From contig NW_021833116.1 of the NCBI RefSeq assembly GCF_006345805.1, positions 150,621-214,620 on the forward strand: 64,000 nucleotides of DNA, in the 5' to 3' direction. Position 1 is the stretch's first letter; each line of letters begins with the position of its first letter. The notes below the pieces were generated by a model, which saw only the letters and a list, made by a program, of their open reading frames with translations, did no database searches and had not been told where the DNA came from. The position numbers and the translations under genes are program-made. Source of the DNA: Octopus sinensis. Lineage: Eukaryota. Of the stretch, positions 52,592 through 64,000 are shown piece after piece.

Positions 52592-55146
52592 TTAGAAGGT
52601 CGAAGGAAAAGACATGTCAGACCTCAAAAACAAGTGTCGACATTCATCACAGTCCCAGCCTTCGACCGACGCCTGAGTGTAAACGAAATGTTTTACGTGG
52701 CATTGTAAACGTCGAGCAATTCGTCGAGTCTTGGCAATGATCTTTCTATGTCTGCTCAGCTTGACTCGGAAGACAAAGCCAAAGGCCAGTGCAACAACCC
52801 TGTCAACTAGGACAACATGAACAACAAGACACGACAGCGCGAGACAGTGCCCCATTGACCTTCTACAACAAATACAGACAAAGTACATTGACAGCAGTGT
52901 AGAGAACACGACTGACCACCCCAACCATCCCTACACTTATAAAGACCACAAACATTCAAGACGGGCATAAACAGCCCGTTTATCGACAGCACGGACAAAG
53001 GAGTAGAACACCTTGACACTGGCAATGACACTCAATTCATATAAATTGGTCATTCGAGACACAGATGTCACAATCTGGCCTGAATTAATATAATGTCACC
53101 CGAGGATCAAATAAGTATAACACGACGGAGGGACCCAAGAGAGACCTGACGACTTTGCCAATACTCTGCGTGCTGCCCTTAGCAATGGAGAGGAGTCGTC
53201 GGGAATGTCGAGAGAGAAGAGGAGGTCGGGGGAGTGGAGAGAGTGTCCATACCAGGACATGGCCTCTGCATTCACAACACAAGTCAACCACAATAGGGCA
53301 AAGTGGGATGATGGAAATTAGCACATGATTTGTGTAGGTTGAGTGAGAGGGCATACACTTTGAGCACTAAGGGTCACACAGAGTGAGCACATTCGACGTA
53401 TTCCTCGATGAACACACGGGCAGAATCAAGTCCAGTTGACACAAAGAGACTATCATCCACGTGCCGTAGCAAAATCTGATGTTGAGAGGACATACTCAGA
53501 TTGCTCTCCAAGTCACGGAGGTACAAATCCCCCAACAACTTGGCCACAATCGAGCCCTGGAAGACCCCTCTGGTGGTGTGACACGCCCAGTTGGAGACCT
53601 TTCATCACAACAACCGGCCTACCGTCACGACTGACTGGAAGAGAGTGTGTTCGAGGGTTGCCTTGTGCTTCTCGAAAATAATGGCGGATTCACTCGAGTC
53701 CCCCAAATTAGAGATTATTTCCCTTTCCAACACCTTCAGGAGTCTATCCCGGCCAATCGAGTCAAAAAACGAAGACAAGTCACATTTCACAACATAAAAA
53801 CGACTTGTGGTGATTCGGCAATAAACCTGCAACTTTTATTTCTCTGCTTAAATTCGGCCAGTCTTTCATGGCTTCTTCATTCGATTAGTTAGCTGTGACT
53901 GTTTGTGCTGGGTTTGTTTTGCAGTTGGGGGTTAATAAATAAAATAAATAAGCGAGTTTTGACCTGAATTAGTTTCACCCTACTGATTTTCTAAATATAA
54001 GCTGAGTCAAGTAATCTGCACATTAAGTGAGTAACCTCAGGGTCAGACATGCACTTGATTGAAAAAGCAGTGATGCCAGTTAACAATTGCAAATTTATCC
54101 TGCAACTAACAACACTAGAAGCTGTTGTCATAACTTTGAATTTGACTGAGAAAAAGTACGAGAATGACATATTCTGGTACTCAAACTATACGTTCGAAGT
54201 ATAGTGAAGATCTACTTATGTCCATCTTTTAAGGTGGATACCCCCATACGCACCTCGATTGTTGTCCAGCACAACAGACCCGACATTGTGGTCCACGATA
54301 AGGTCACCGGGGAGATTGTTATCGTGGAGGTGGGCATCACGTGCCTAGACCGTTTGCAGATAGTGGAAGTGGAGAAAAGGAGGAAGTATGACCTCCTTGC
54401 AAACGAGCTAGGACTGATGCACCAGTGCAAAGTCCATGTCATCCCGTGTGTGATGACATGGGATGGACTGGTCACCAAATACCACAAGCGGTACTTAAGA
54501 CAGTTGGGGGTAGATAAGTCTCTACAGGCTTATATACAGTCAACTGTTCTTAAGAGGACTCTGGAAAGTGTCTCGTTTGATGCTCGCCGATCCAGCCCTT
54601 TCCTGACGTTTAGTCAGCAAGAGGCGCTGGACTGCACCTTCTCGAAGGTCTACAGTGCCAGAAGAGGAGGAAGAAGGGGAGGAGGTGCGTGGAGTGCCAC
54701 CTTCTGCTCACTTCGAAGGCTCTGGACTTAGTTAGCAAAATTACTTAGTTAATTAGTTTCTTTTTTAATAAAGGGGATTGTCCATCTTTATGTCTAAAAT
54801 TTGTCAGAAAATATAATAATATTGCATGTTTGCAAGTGCATTGGGAATTGTTCATGGTGGAAAGTGAGAATAATCCCTCAATACTTACTTAAAACGGAAT
54901 TGTCTCAAAGTAGTACTAACCACCAAGACACTCTTAGAATTGAAAAAGCTACCAAGAAAACATTTAATCTGCCGTGTTTAGGAGACATTGGAGAGCATTC
55001 AAGAGGAGAAAAACATGGATTTTTTAATATATTTTTAAGAAAATAAGTCTGAAATTGAAAATAACTACAGAATAGCTCCGAATCCAAATTCAGATGTTTA
55101 ATCATTAAAACTGATCATTCGGCGTTGCTTGATCGTAAACAATCAT
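52592..55146 (-). CDS. TERT: Telomerase reverse transcriptase, compact, interrupted by an R4 insertion
   Basis: Motif A FYVVKCDLSSFFDSI (~53760-53800), B' RGVFQGSIVAKLL (~53545-53572), C LLRHVDDSLFVS (~53440-53472), D LNLHKSCANF, E MSWYGHSLHSPDLLFSLD (~53215-53262); 5' extent and start are inferred. Confidence 0.8.
54230..54778 (+). mobile_element. 5'-truncated R4 copy B, near-identical to the 3' end of copy A
   Basis: Matches ~12572-13117; 11-bp TSD tgtccatcttt (54219-54229, 54779-54789); empty site at ~43766-43776. Confidence 0.93.
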
Positions 55147-55277
55147 TAAATTTTTTTTTTAAGACAAAATTGTTTTATAGTGAATGGAAGTGAATTATAC
55201 TATCTTTTAATTATACTGTCACGTAATTTTTAATAGAAAATTAAACACTATAAAGACTTTATCAAACAAATCAAAAA

Positions 55278-55349
55278 TGCCCAAGGTCGGAATTGAACCA
55301 ACGACCTTTAGATCTTCAGTCTAACGCTCTCCCACTGAGCTACTTGGGC
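55278..55349 (-). tRNA. tRNA-Phe (GAA), second copy
   Basis: Identical to 44358-44429. Confidence 0.95.
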
Positions 55350-57817
55350 TTTTTTAAAATCGTTTTAGTTTTAACGATACATACTATGAAATTATCCTGG
55401 TGATAGGTTAAGAACGTCCTGGTCGATCAAAAGGAGTACGACAACTTTATAAAATCAGTCCTTTTACAAGGAGGGAATAATATCATAGAGCTGACTGTTG
55501 AGTAATGTGGAGGTAATATTGTGGTGATGTCTTTACATATATGTATAGTATGTATCCCTCATTGCTCGACCAGTTAAAGTATTTTTGTACAATGTGAAGA
55601 TCGAGTGGATCTGTTTGTTCTAGTTTAAAAAGGTTGTTTGACTTGAGTGAGTGGTAGATGTGAATGGAAAGAGCTATCGACAACTACCGTCGACGTTGCC
55701 ATCCTCCGTGTTGTAAAATTGATTTGTAGAATCTAAATGTAACACACGTGTCATACCCCTCATATGAGGACGATGAGAATTTGAGGACAAAGAAGAATTA
55801 TCATCAAGACCAGTTGACCAAGTGACCCCTCCTTGTTGTGGGTGGAGGATGAGAGGATTGAGTATGATTATGTATTGACGAGCACACACGACTGTATTAT
55901 GACATTACGGGAAGTTATTCAGTTATTTGTGGGATGCACAACCCTAACAATGTCAAGTTAGGAGACTTCTTGGGATTGTTGTCACCGTTGTTGGTTCATG
56001 CAGTCCTCTATCGGTACTTCTACTTTGAGAATGTGTAGAGTATTCCACGAAAAGAATTGTCTGTGGTCCATTCGTTGGAATGGTGATCCTGATTGTGTTG
56101 TCGAGGTTGTGGATGTTTTCGAATGTTAGGTTGGAGAAGATCTACAACAAGTTATTTACCAGAAGGACTGGTCTATACGAGGATTGGGGGAGAGTGCAGA
56201 AGAGGACGTATTTACAGTCACTCGACCATCAGAGTTCATGTTTCAAGACAGCCCAGACCAAATCATTGCGTATCGAGCACTGTGTAACGAGATTGACATG
56301 CGATATGTTGGTGGCCACTCTCATTCCCAGCTGACGAGAGACCAACTGTCGAATCACATGCCACGTTGGACTATTCGACGCTCGGAGAGATGAAAGACAC
56401 CGCTGATTTGTTGATATATTATGTCGCGAGCCGAGCGCGCGACCGAGCCCAGCAAGCGACTTTGACACCTGTAATACCTGTCATCCACCTGTCAGTCTAA
56501 TTGATGAATATTCTTCTATAAAATAAAATCATCATATTTTTTTAATAATTTGGATTATTCTTTACGCTATTCACATTTAATTTATTTTATTCATACAAGA
56601 TGTAAATAATTTTTGCCGGCGTAACATACTCACCCAGATAAAATATTATCCACGCTAGCATAAATTTGTCTACACTTTTCATGTCAGGCCAGCGTTTGTT
56701 TGTAAAAGATCAAGATGATATAATTTCCTGAGATCTATACTCAATAATGAGGAGGTCGATCTTCCCACACATAAGAAGTATCGACTCAAAAAGAAAGCAG
56801 AAATTTCCTAATTAAAGAGGGGAAACTATATCTTAAAGATGTAAACGGCCTACACAAGCTCGTAATTGCTTCCACGAGCTTAGAAGAGATGAAATTAATT
56901 GCACGTGAGATTCATGAAGCTAATCATTGCGGACATAATGCTTTGGAAGCCTTATGTAGGCGAAGATTTTTTATATTGAGAAGAGAGATCATTCGCCAAG
57001 TTGTTAAAGAATGCAATATCTGCAAATTTTCAGTTCCACTAAAAACAATATGATGATTTAATTCATATTGTTGCTGATTTACCTAATGAAAGATTTCAAG
57101 TAGATTTAATTGATCTTAAACGGTATAAAATTAACTTATTTTGTAGATTTAAAATGAAAACAATGATTTTTCTTGGTTAATGTCTATAATAGACGTATAT
57201 TCGAAATATGCATTTACAAGGAATCTTAAAAATAAGTGGAGTAGAGGTGGCGAATAATCTGAATGATATTTTTATGGATTTTGGTCCCTGCAAGTTTCTC
57301 CAATCAGACAACGGAACAGAATTCAAAAATTCTCATGTGACAAAAGTATGTGAAGAGTTTTGTGTTCGACAAATACATGGAAGACCAAACAATCCCCAGA
57401 GTCAGGGAATTGTTGAACGATTTAATCAGACGGTCACAGGAGCCTTTCAAAAATATGAGTTTGGATGACACCAAAGAGTGGGTAAAAACACATAAGAAAG
57501 ACTGTATTTTTGTACAATCAAACACCTCATTCATCTACAGGTGAATTATTTGTTTTAAATTTTTTGCAGGCGTTAGCCCCTTTGAGAGATATCGTGGAAT
57601 TCCTGGATTCAATACTGTTTCAGGAAATACTGATGTAGAGGCAGCTGAACTTCAATACACTCCCGAAACTAACAGTAAATGTTTTAAATTCAACTAAAGA
57701 TGAATTCGAATTCAATTTCCCAAAAGTTAACTTGGATTCTCCATATTATAAGAGAATGAACAGGAAGATGGGAGTGCATGTGTCTAAATATGAATTAAAC
57801 ATTCGAGACATTGTATT

Positions 57818-59770
57818 TCTTAATAATAAAATGGTATGGTGTGTGTCTGTCTGTCTGTCTGTGTGTGCACACCAACTTCAAATTGGCAATACGATGTCCT
57901 CGACTTACATGATGAGGTCCTTAAAACCTTCCCCCCAAACAAATTAAAAAAAAATTTTCTGCATTTTGGGTTAAAATGAACAACTACAATGTCCTCGACT
58001 TACATGATGAAGTCCTCCTTAAAACCTTCCCCCCCAAAAAAAATTAAAAAAAAATTTTCTGCATTTTGGTTAAAATGAACAACTACAATGTCCTCGACTT
58101 ACATGATGAAGTCCTTAAAACCTTCCCCCAAAAAAATTAAAAAAAAATTTCTGCATTTTTGGTTAAAATGAACAACTACAATGTCCTCGACTTACATGAT
58201 GAAGTCCTTAAAACCTTCCCCCCAAAAAAAATTTAAAAAAAATTTTCTGCATTTTGGTTAAAATGAACAACTACAATGTCCTCGACTTACATGATGAAGT
58301 CCTAAAACCTTCCCCCCCAAAAAATTAAAAAAAATTTTCTGCATTTTGGTTAAAATGAACAACTACAATGTCCTCGACTTACATGATGAAGTCCTTAAAA
58401 CCTTCCCCCCCAAAAAAAATTAAAAAAAAATTTTCTGCATTTTGGTTAAAATGAACAACTACAATGTCCTCGACTTACATGATGAAGTCCTTAAAACCTT
58501 CCCTCCCAAAAAAAATTAAAAAAATTTTCTGCATTTTGGTTAAAATGAAAAACTACAATGTCCTCGACTTACATGATGAAGTCCTTAAAAACCTTCCCCC
58601 CAAAAAATCAAAAAATTATTTTCTGCATTTTGATTAAAATGAACAACGCGAATGTCCTCGACATTCATGATGAGGTCCATTAAAACCTTCAAGGCAAAAA
58701 ATCTCACGTATTAAGAATATCCTTGATGAAAACGACAGCGAGAATATAACAATGATGAACTCCCAATTATTCGCGATAAAGAAATTCAATTCATCCTATG
58801 TTTTCTCTTTAAAATTAAATGCATATATCATTATCGACCATGAATCAAAATTAAAGCTATTATCATATTTGACTTTGACAGAATGTGCAATCACAGATTG
58901 CACGACTTTGATAGAGTGTGCAAGTAACAGATTTAGAAAACCATTGATAGTTGAAACCACATTAGAACATTAACACATTGACAATCATTAACACAATTTA
59001 CCACCAATTGACGCACGACCTTGAATAGAGTGTGCAATTAACAGATTTTGAAAAACACTTTGATAGTTGAAACCACATTAGCACAACCATTAACACAATT
59101 TACCACCAATTGACAGCGCAATCAGAAGAATTTGCGTAAAAATATTAACTATTTACTTGAGTTTTTCGTAAAGATAGAATTTATTTTCGGTATGCCTCTT
59201 TTCCTAAACTTTTTTATTATTCAAAAATAATTTTTTAAAATAGATAACCGAAGGAGGAAAAACGAAGCTGAAGAAAAAACGGTCAGCTTAATAAGGTAAT
59301 AATTAAATCTTTTTTGTGTGTCGCTTTCTTGCCTGCCGCATCTCCCCCTGCCCCATTTCCGCCAGTTAAAAAACAAAAAATAAAAAAGAAAAAAAAGGAA
59401 TTACAAAGGAAAAATGAAAAAATTAAATATAAAAAAAATAGACCACAAAAAAATGAAAAAAAAAGTTTGCAATGACAATAAACAAGGCCCAGGGACAGTC
59501 ATTAAAGTAGTAGTTGGGTTATTTTTTTAGAGAGTGAGTGCTTTTCACATGGACAGCTGTATGTGGGATGCTCGAGGGTAGGCAGAAGAGAAAATTTATT
59601 CATATATGCCAAGGAAGGACGGACGACAAACATCGTTTATCAACAGGCGATAGAATAGGGTTACATTAAACCAGGTAGTTTTATACATCTACATAAACTT
59701 ATAGTTGTTTGATGAAACAGGCCCTCCGCAGGAGCTAGGTCGCGGTGAGCGAAGCGAGCTGCCGAGCTAG
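57818..59770 (+). mobile_element. Non-autonomous Helitron-like element, complete (copy 2, 1953 bp)
   Basis: 5' TC, 3' GC-rich segment then CTAG, no TSD, inserted at T^T; removal restores a 26-nt GT-AG intron. Confidence 0.75.
57895..58690 (+). repeat. Tandem array of about 8.5 units of ~92-99 bp
   Basis: Unit starts at 57895, 57990, 58089, 58182, 58277, 58369, 58465, 58559, 58653. Confidence 0.93.
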
Positions 59771-60111
59771 TATTTTATAATTACTTAAAAGGTTCGCATT
59801 CAAAAAGATTATGGGACGAATCCTTCCTTGAGATTAAACAGGTTTGAACATCCATACGGGGATCCATTCACTATTGTTGGAAAATTGTTACGTCAAGAGA
59901 CAGAACTGTATTGACTGGGTGACCATGTAGACTCCAATGAGTACAAAACGAGGATCAAGAAAACAGATTTAGGAAAAATGTTTATCTACCAGTCAATTTG
60001 TGTGTATGTTAATTTAACTCAAACATTATCGGGCTGTCTAATCAGTCATTTGCAGACCCCAATAAACAATTATAAAAATACATGAATTTATATCTCAAAA
60101 TATAATTCCCA

Positions 60112-61567
60112 TCAAAGTTTGAGCTTTTTAGAGCCAATGCCATTTTCTTACGAGAAGTACAATTCGAAGACTTCCTCTTGACCCCCTCAGCAACTTTATT
60201 ATTCTCAATCGCAGAAAATAACGCTGCAGACGACTTGAGTGCTTTACTATTCCCCCCCTCAGCCACACCCGTTTAGCCTTAGACTCCCCGACCTTCACCT
60301 TTGGCTGAAAATGCTGCCGAATCTTCTTTTTCCTCCTCTCCCTCTTCTTGTCCGTCGCCGACCTCTCATCCTTCCCCCCACACACGCCCACTTTTACTTT
60401 ATTCTGCCAACATAATCCCCAATCCCAACAGTGATTTCCTCAGGTGCCAACATCTCCGTGCCCGCAGACGCTGTGATCGGGACTTTCTCCTCCGCGTACA
60501 TGGCAGCCATATTATTCACCACCACCGCCTCCGGTTGTGTCTGCACTACACCACACTCCACCAACACTCGCAGGAGAGTAATAAAAACTGGACAGGGCAT
60601 TCAGTTTGGAGAACAGGGAGTTGAGAGAGGACCTCAATTCGTTGTGTGTCTCCACCAACTTCTGCTCAGACTGGGAGACACTCTGTCTGGTCACCTGAGT
60701 TGATTCCTCGTATATCTCCGCCAAACTCTTCTTGCTCTTCTCCTGGTCAATGGGGGCCTCCTTCCTGTACTCACCTGTCCCCTCCACTGGCCGCACCTTC
60801 CTCTCCACGTCGTCGAAAACCTTATTGTTGATCCTCTCAATGATCATGTCCTCCAAAGTCTGGTTGGACTCCACCGTCGTGAGGGGGCTGCTGAGTCATC
60901 ACCACCAAGACAACCCGGAATGGAGGAGTAGTCGAATTTTAGATTCTCCTCGACCAAAGAATCGACCGGTCTTGCCCTGGCCGTCACTTCCCCCTTCATT
61001 TGCCATTTCGGACATTCCAGTGACTTGGCCTCCGCCTCCTTTATTATTTTAGACATCTATTTGGGAATTCGGGGGGTGGCTGCCTGTCTTTCCTGCTTCT
61101 GGAATGCCGTGTCGTCTTCCGAGGATATCCTCCCCCAAATGTGTGTCGTACAGTAAATCGTCATCCTCCGAACTAACCCCTCTTCTACGTCCTTTTCGAA
61201 CTGTTCGAAGGCTGCCTGCTCGTCCTCCTCTTCGGAGAGGGAATTGTCCGACTCGCACTTTATTTCCTGGTCGGTGGACTGATTGGAGATGCAGTCGGAG
61301 GTGGACTCTTCAATGGCGGGGGTTTCTGGCTGTAGGAAGAGGTGTGGGTTGGGAGGGGGGATTGAGGGAATCAAGTTGGTGTTGATGTTGAATTTGCTGC
61401 CTATCTGCTCATGGTCGAGGCCTTGGGTGTATAACTGAGTCGGCAGGGTTGTGTTGTTGGATTGTATGTTTGACGTAATTTTGTGTATTTTGCTGCTAAT
61501 TTGTCGAGTTGTTGGGAAGATTGGCTTGAATTAAGTTATTTAGACGATACCTACGAAAAGTGACCAT
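60112..61567 (-). CDS. MPHOSPH10: MPP10, second copy (more apparent indels)
   Basis: Near-identical to 45724-47192. Confidence 0.8.
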
Positions 61568-61812
61568 TAGATGCAACAAGAGTGAACGTGATGTTGATTA
61601 ATTTTTATTTTAAATATATTTTTGATTTATTTTTTAATTTAATTATACTACAATTAAAATATGCATAAACTAAATATTTCACTTTACCTGTTTCCTTATA
61701 AAAACGTCAAAATTTTATTAAAAACTGTTTAGAAAATATTTATTTAATATTTTTATTATTTAAAATATTATTAATTTTATAGTTGCAAACTCTATTCACG
61801 TGTGTCAAACAT

Positions 61813-63141
61813 ATGACCTCCGACATTCGGGCACTACCAGTCATCGACATAACAAAGAATAATTTTGAGGCACTCACTCCCGCCATAATCCAAGCAATCC
61901 AAACCTCTTCATTCCTCGCCTTCGATCTAGTCCTTCATTCCATTAATTTGATAGGAATTGAGTGGCCTCGGTCTACAACATGTTTTAAAATGCCAGTTTA
62001 ACCCACAAAACTATTTTTAGAGATATGGAAGAACGGTATTTAAAGTTCTCCGAAATAGTAAAGACACGTGCAGTCCTCTCTCTGGGAATATCCGCCTTCA
62101 CTCATCTGAAAACACTCAACGACGGAATCCAAAGCTTCCTCGTGCAGACATTCAACCTGTCCCTCCTCTCCCAAGACCTCTACGTGGTCGACCCCTCCTC
62201 CCTCCAGTTCCTGACCAGCACGGATTCGACTTTAACAGCAGTACTCCCACGGAATACCCTACCATGCTGGGAATGACCAGGTGGGAGTGTTGTGCTGATT
62301 TAAGGGCACTCCCAATCCAGTTCGGGTCCTTTTTGGCCAAATTGTGAGGGCAAGGAAGCCGTTGTCCTCCACAACGGATTTATTGACATTATGTTCATGT
62401 ATCATCACTTTTATGCACAAACTACCCCCAAACATTCCACTTTTGTCGCGGACTTGACACAATATTTTCTGGTGGTGTTTATGACACGAAATACTTGGCT
62501 GTGCATGTCCTTCACTGGGGTGTCTCATTCCCGCATACCTTTTCAGGAAATGGTCGTTGTTCCTCTTATTCGTAGTCAGAGACTCAACATGGAATATTGC
62601 GATGGGGGGAAAAGAGGGCTGGTTTTGACATTCCCGACTTATCCCCCTAATTCTTTGTCCGTCAACCAAATTTTGTGTCGCTTCGAACATTCCGCGGACA
62701 GTTATGTTTCCACGTGCAAGAAGAGTCCAAGCAAGCATTCTCCGTCCGTTCTGTTTATAAATTGGCAGAATCACGGCTGGTGTAGCGCGGGAAATTCGAA
62801 ATGTCCGAAATCTCACAACATCGACCTGGCAATCGACCAGAGTTTTGTTCGGGGTGTGGGAGATGAGGAAGATGGAGAGGAGACCGGTGGGTTGTCCGAC
62901 AGTCTTGGGGCACATCGGGCTGGTTTCGACGCGTTTATGACGGGCTACATTATGGGCTTTATTCTGTCGCGACACGGGAAGAAGAGGCCGACCTCATTCG
63001 AAAGACTTTGGGTTGGCACATCAGTCCAATCGGGTGGCATTGACTGCCAAAGGCATTCCCTTGTTAATTACTAAGAGTGTCTATTCCAAGTACTCTTTAC
63101 CACATCGTTCTAAGTATGATCTTATTTTCAGTTCACAATAA
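61813..63141 (+). CDS. TOE1: TOE1, second copy (several apparent frameshifts)
   Basis: Near-identical to 47440-48776. Confidence 0.8.
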
Positions 63142-63489
63142 TAAATCATTTTTTCTTTTTACTCTGCGTGGGTGTGGTCTGGCGCAATATGCCAGAATTG
63201 ATGGAAATTAGATTCCAGCTGCTAAGTCTACTCGCCTCAATTTTCATTGTCAGTGAGGTTGTAGACGGGGATTGTTAAAATGGACTCCCTACCTTCGCTG
63301 ATTTAGCATTACCAATGAAAAAACTTTCCGATAAACAAATGAAGTTGGGTTAGGCAATGTTTTCTCCTGAAATCTCAAGAATTTCCATACGTAGCCAGTA
63401 ATGATTTTGAACTTCACTGTTGGGGTGTTTTTACACTTTCTGAAATTATTTTGACATAAGAGATGTGCATGGGGAAAGACCTATCAACC

Positions 63490-64000
63490 TACCCTGTACC
63501 TGAGACACAGTATCACACCGTCTGACAATCACCACTACGGTCATGATTTTGCTATTAACCTACTAATTGCATCAAGTATAGAAAAACAATGACCGTGTTT
63601 CTGTTATCCTATTACTTTTATTACTTTTACAAAGAAATCCATGATGACTGTTATCATTGTTTAGGCTCCAATTGATGAACTGGACGAATTTTACAAATTC
63701 CTCGCGAAAACATACATCCGAGTTAATAATTCTTCAATGACGTTTATCTGTGGTAATTGACATGCTAAAGCTGGGTTGACAGGACATAACGACGTTTGTA
63801 GGAGAAAACATGACACCCTGCAAAGCATAAAACCACTTGGGTCAGGACCAAGCGATCCAAGATGACAGGTGTGTGTATATACATCAAATCCCCTATATTA
63901 CCTCCAATCGCATTAAAGAAATTGTTCCGACTCAGAAGTTATGAGAACGATAACTGACAGTGACCACACCTGACAGTTCTCAGATTGAAATTTAGATGAT
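63490..64000 (+). mobile_element. Degenerate RTE-like LINE fragment (duplicate of 49140-49640)
   Basis: Near-identical to the copy-1 sequence. Confidence 0.5.

Larger units (their letters stand above)
56422..59887 (+). mobile_element. Ginger-like integrase DNA transposon, right end missing, containing a Helitron-like insertion
   Basis: Starts TGT after atatta; HHCC (HEANHCG...CNIC), DDE (FQVDLID, LQSDNGTEF, QGIVERFNQT); micro-introns; C-terminal VRIQKDYGTNP resumes at ~59790. Confidence 0.8.
55390..59930 (+). pseudogene. Second copy of the unassigned gene, last exon split by the Ginger/Helitron composite
   Basis: LLIYY^VNRQNCIDWVTM* is split between 56421 and 59891. Confidence 0.4.
53863..64000 (+). 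repeat. Segmental duplication, copy 2, with two extra insertions (54230-54778, 56422-59887)
   Basis: See copy 1; runs off the end of the window. Confidence 0.95.

Noticed and set aside
57905-57920. atgatgaagtcc in the repeat unit resembles a C/D box C or hammerhead core
   Set aside because: No CTGA D box and no complementary GGAC-GAAA hammerhead partner on the same strand
57895-58690. CRISPR-like appearance of the ~95-bp arrays
   Set aside because: Whole units repeat with no unique spacers, there are no cas genes, and the context is eukaryotic

Overview
Eukaryotic genomic DNA from an AT-rich, transposon-dense, compact animal genome whose spliceosomal introns are mostly 20-37 nt. The micro-introns, standard genetic code, animal-type atlastin and a ciliary transition-zone gene (TMEM216 family) fit a dicyemid-like mesozoan best; this is an inference. 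Host genes: an atlastin-like GTPase fused in frame to an apolipoprotein-L-like domain and split by a Tc1, a C-type lectin membrane protein fragment, a cathepsin D-like protease, TMEM216, ARP6, M17 leucine aminopeptidase, GNPDA, ATG12, a very compact TERT, and two copies of a segment carrying the TERT 5' part, tRNA-Phe, an unknown gene, MPP10 and TOE1. Mobile elements: R4/Dong-type and CRE-type REL retrotransposons, RTE-like LINE fragments, two IR/DR Tc1 elements, Merlin, pogo, Ginger-like integrase DNA transposons that all sit at ATATTAC, and a non-autonomous Helitron-like element carrying a ~95-bp satellite. Many 1-nt indels look like consensus errors, so frameshifts are not proof of pseudogenes. 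All family calls come from motif recognition by eye; no database search was run.
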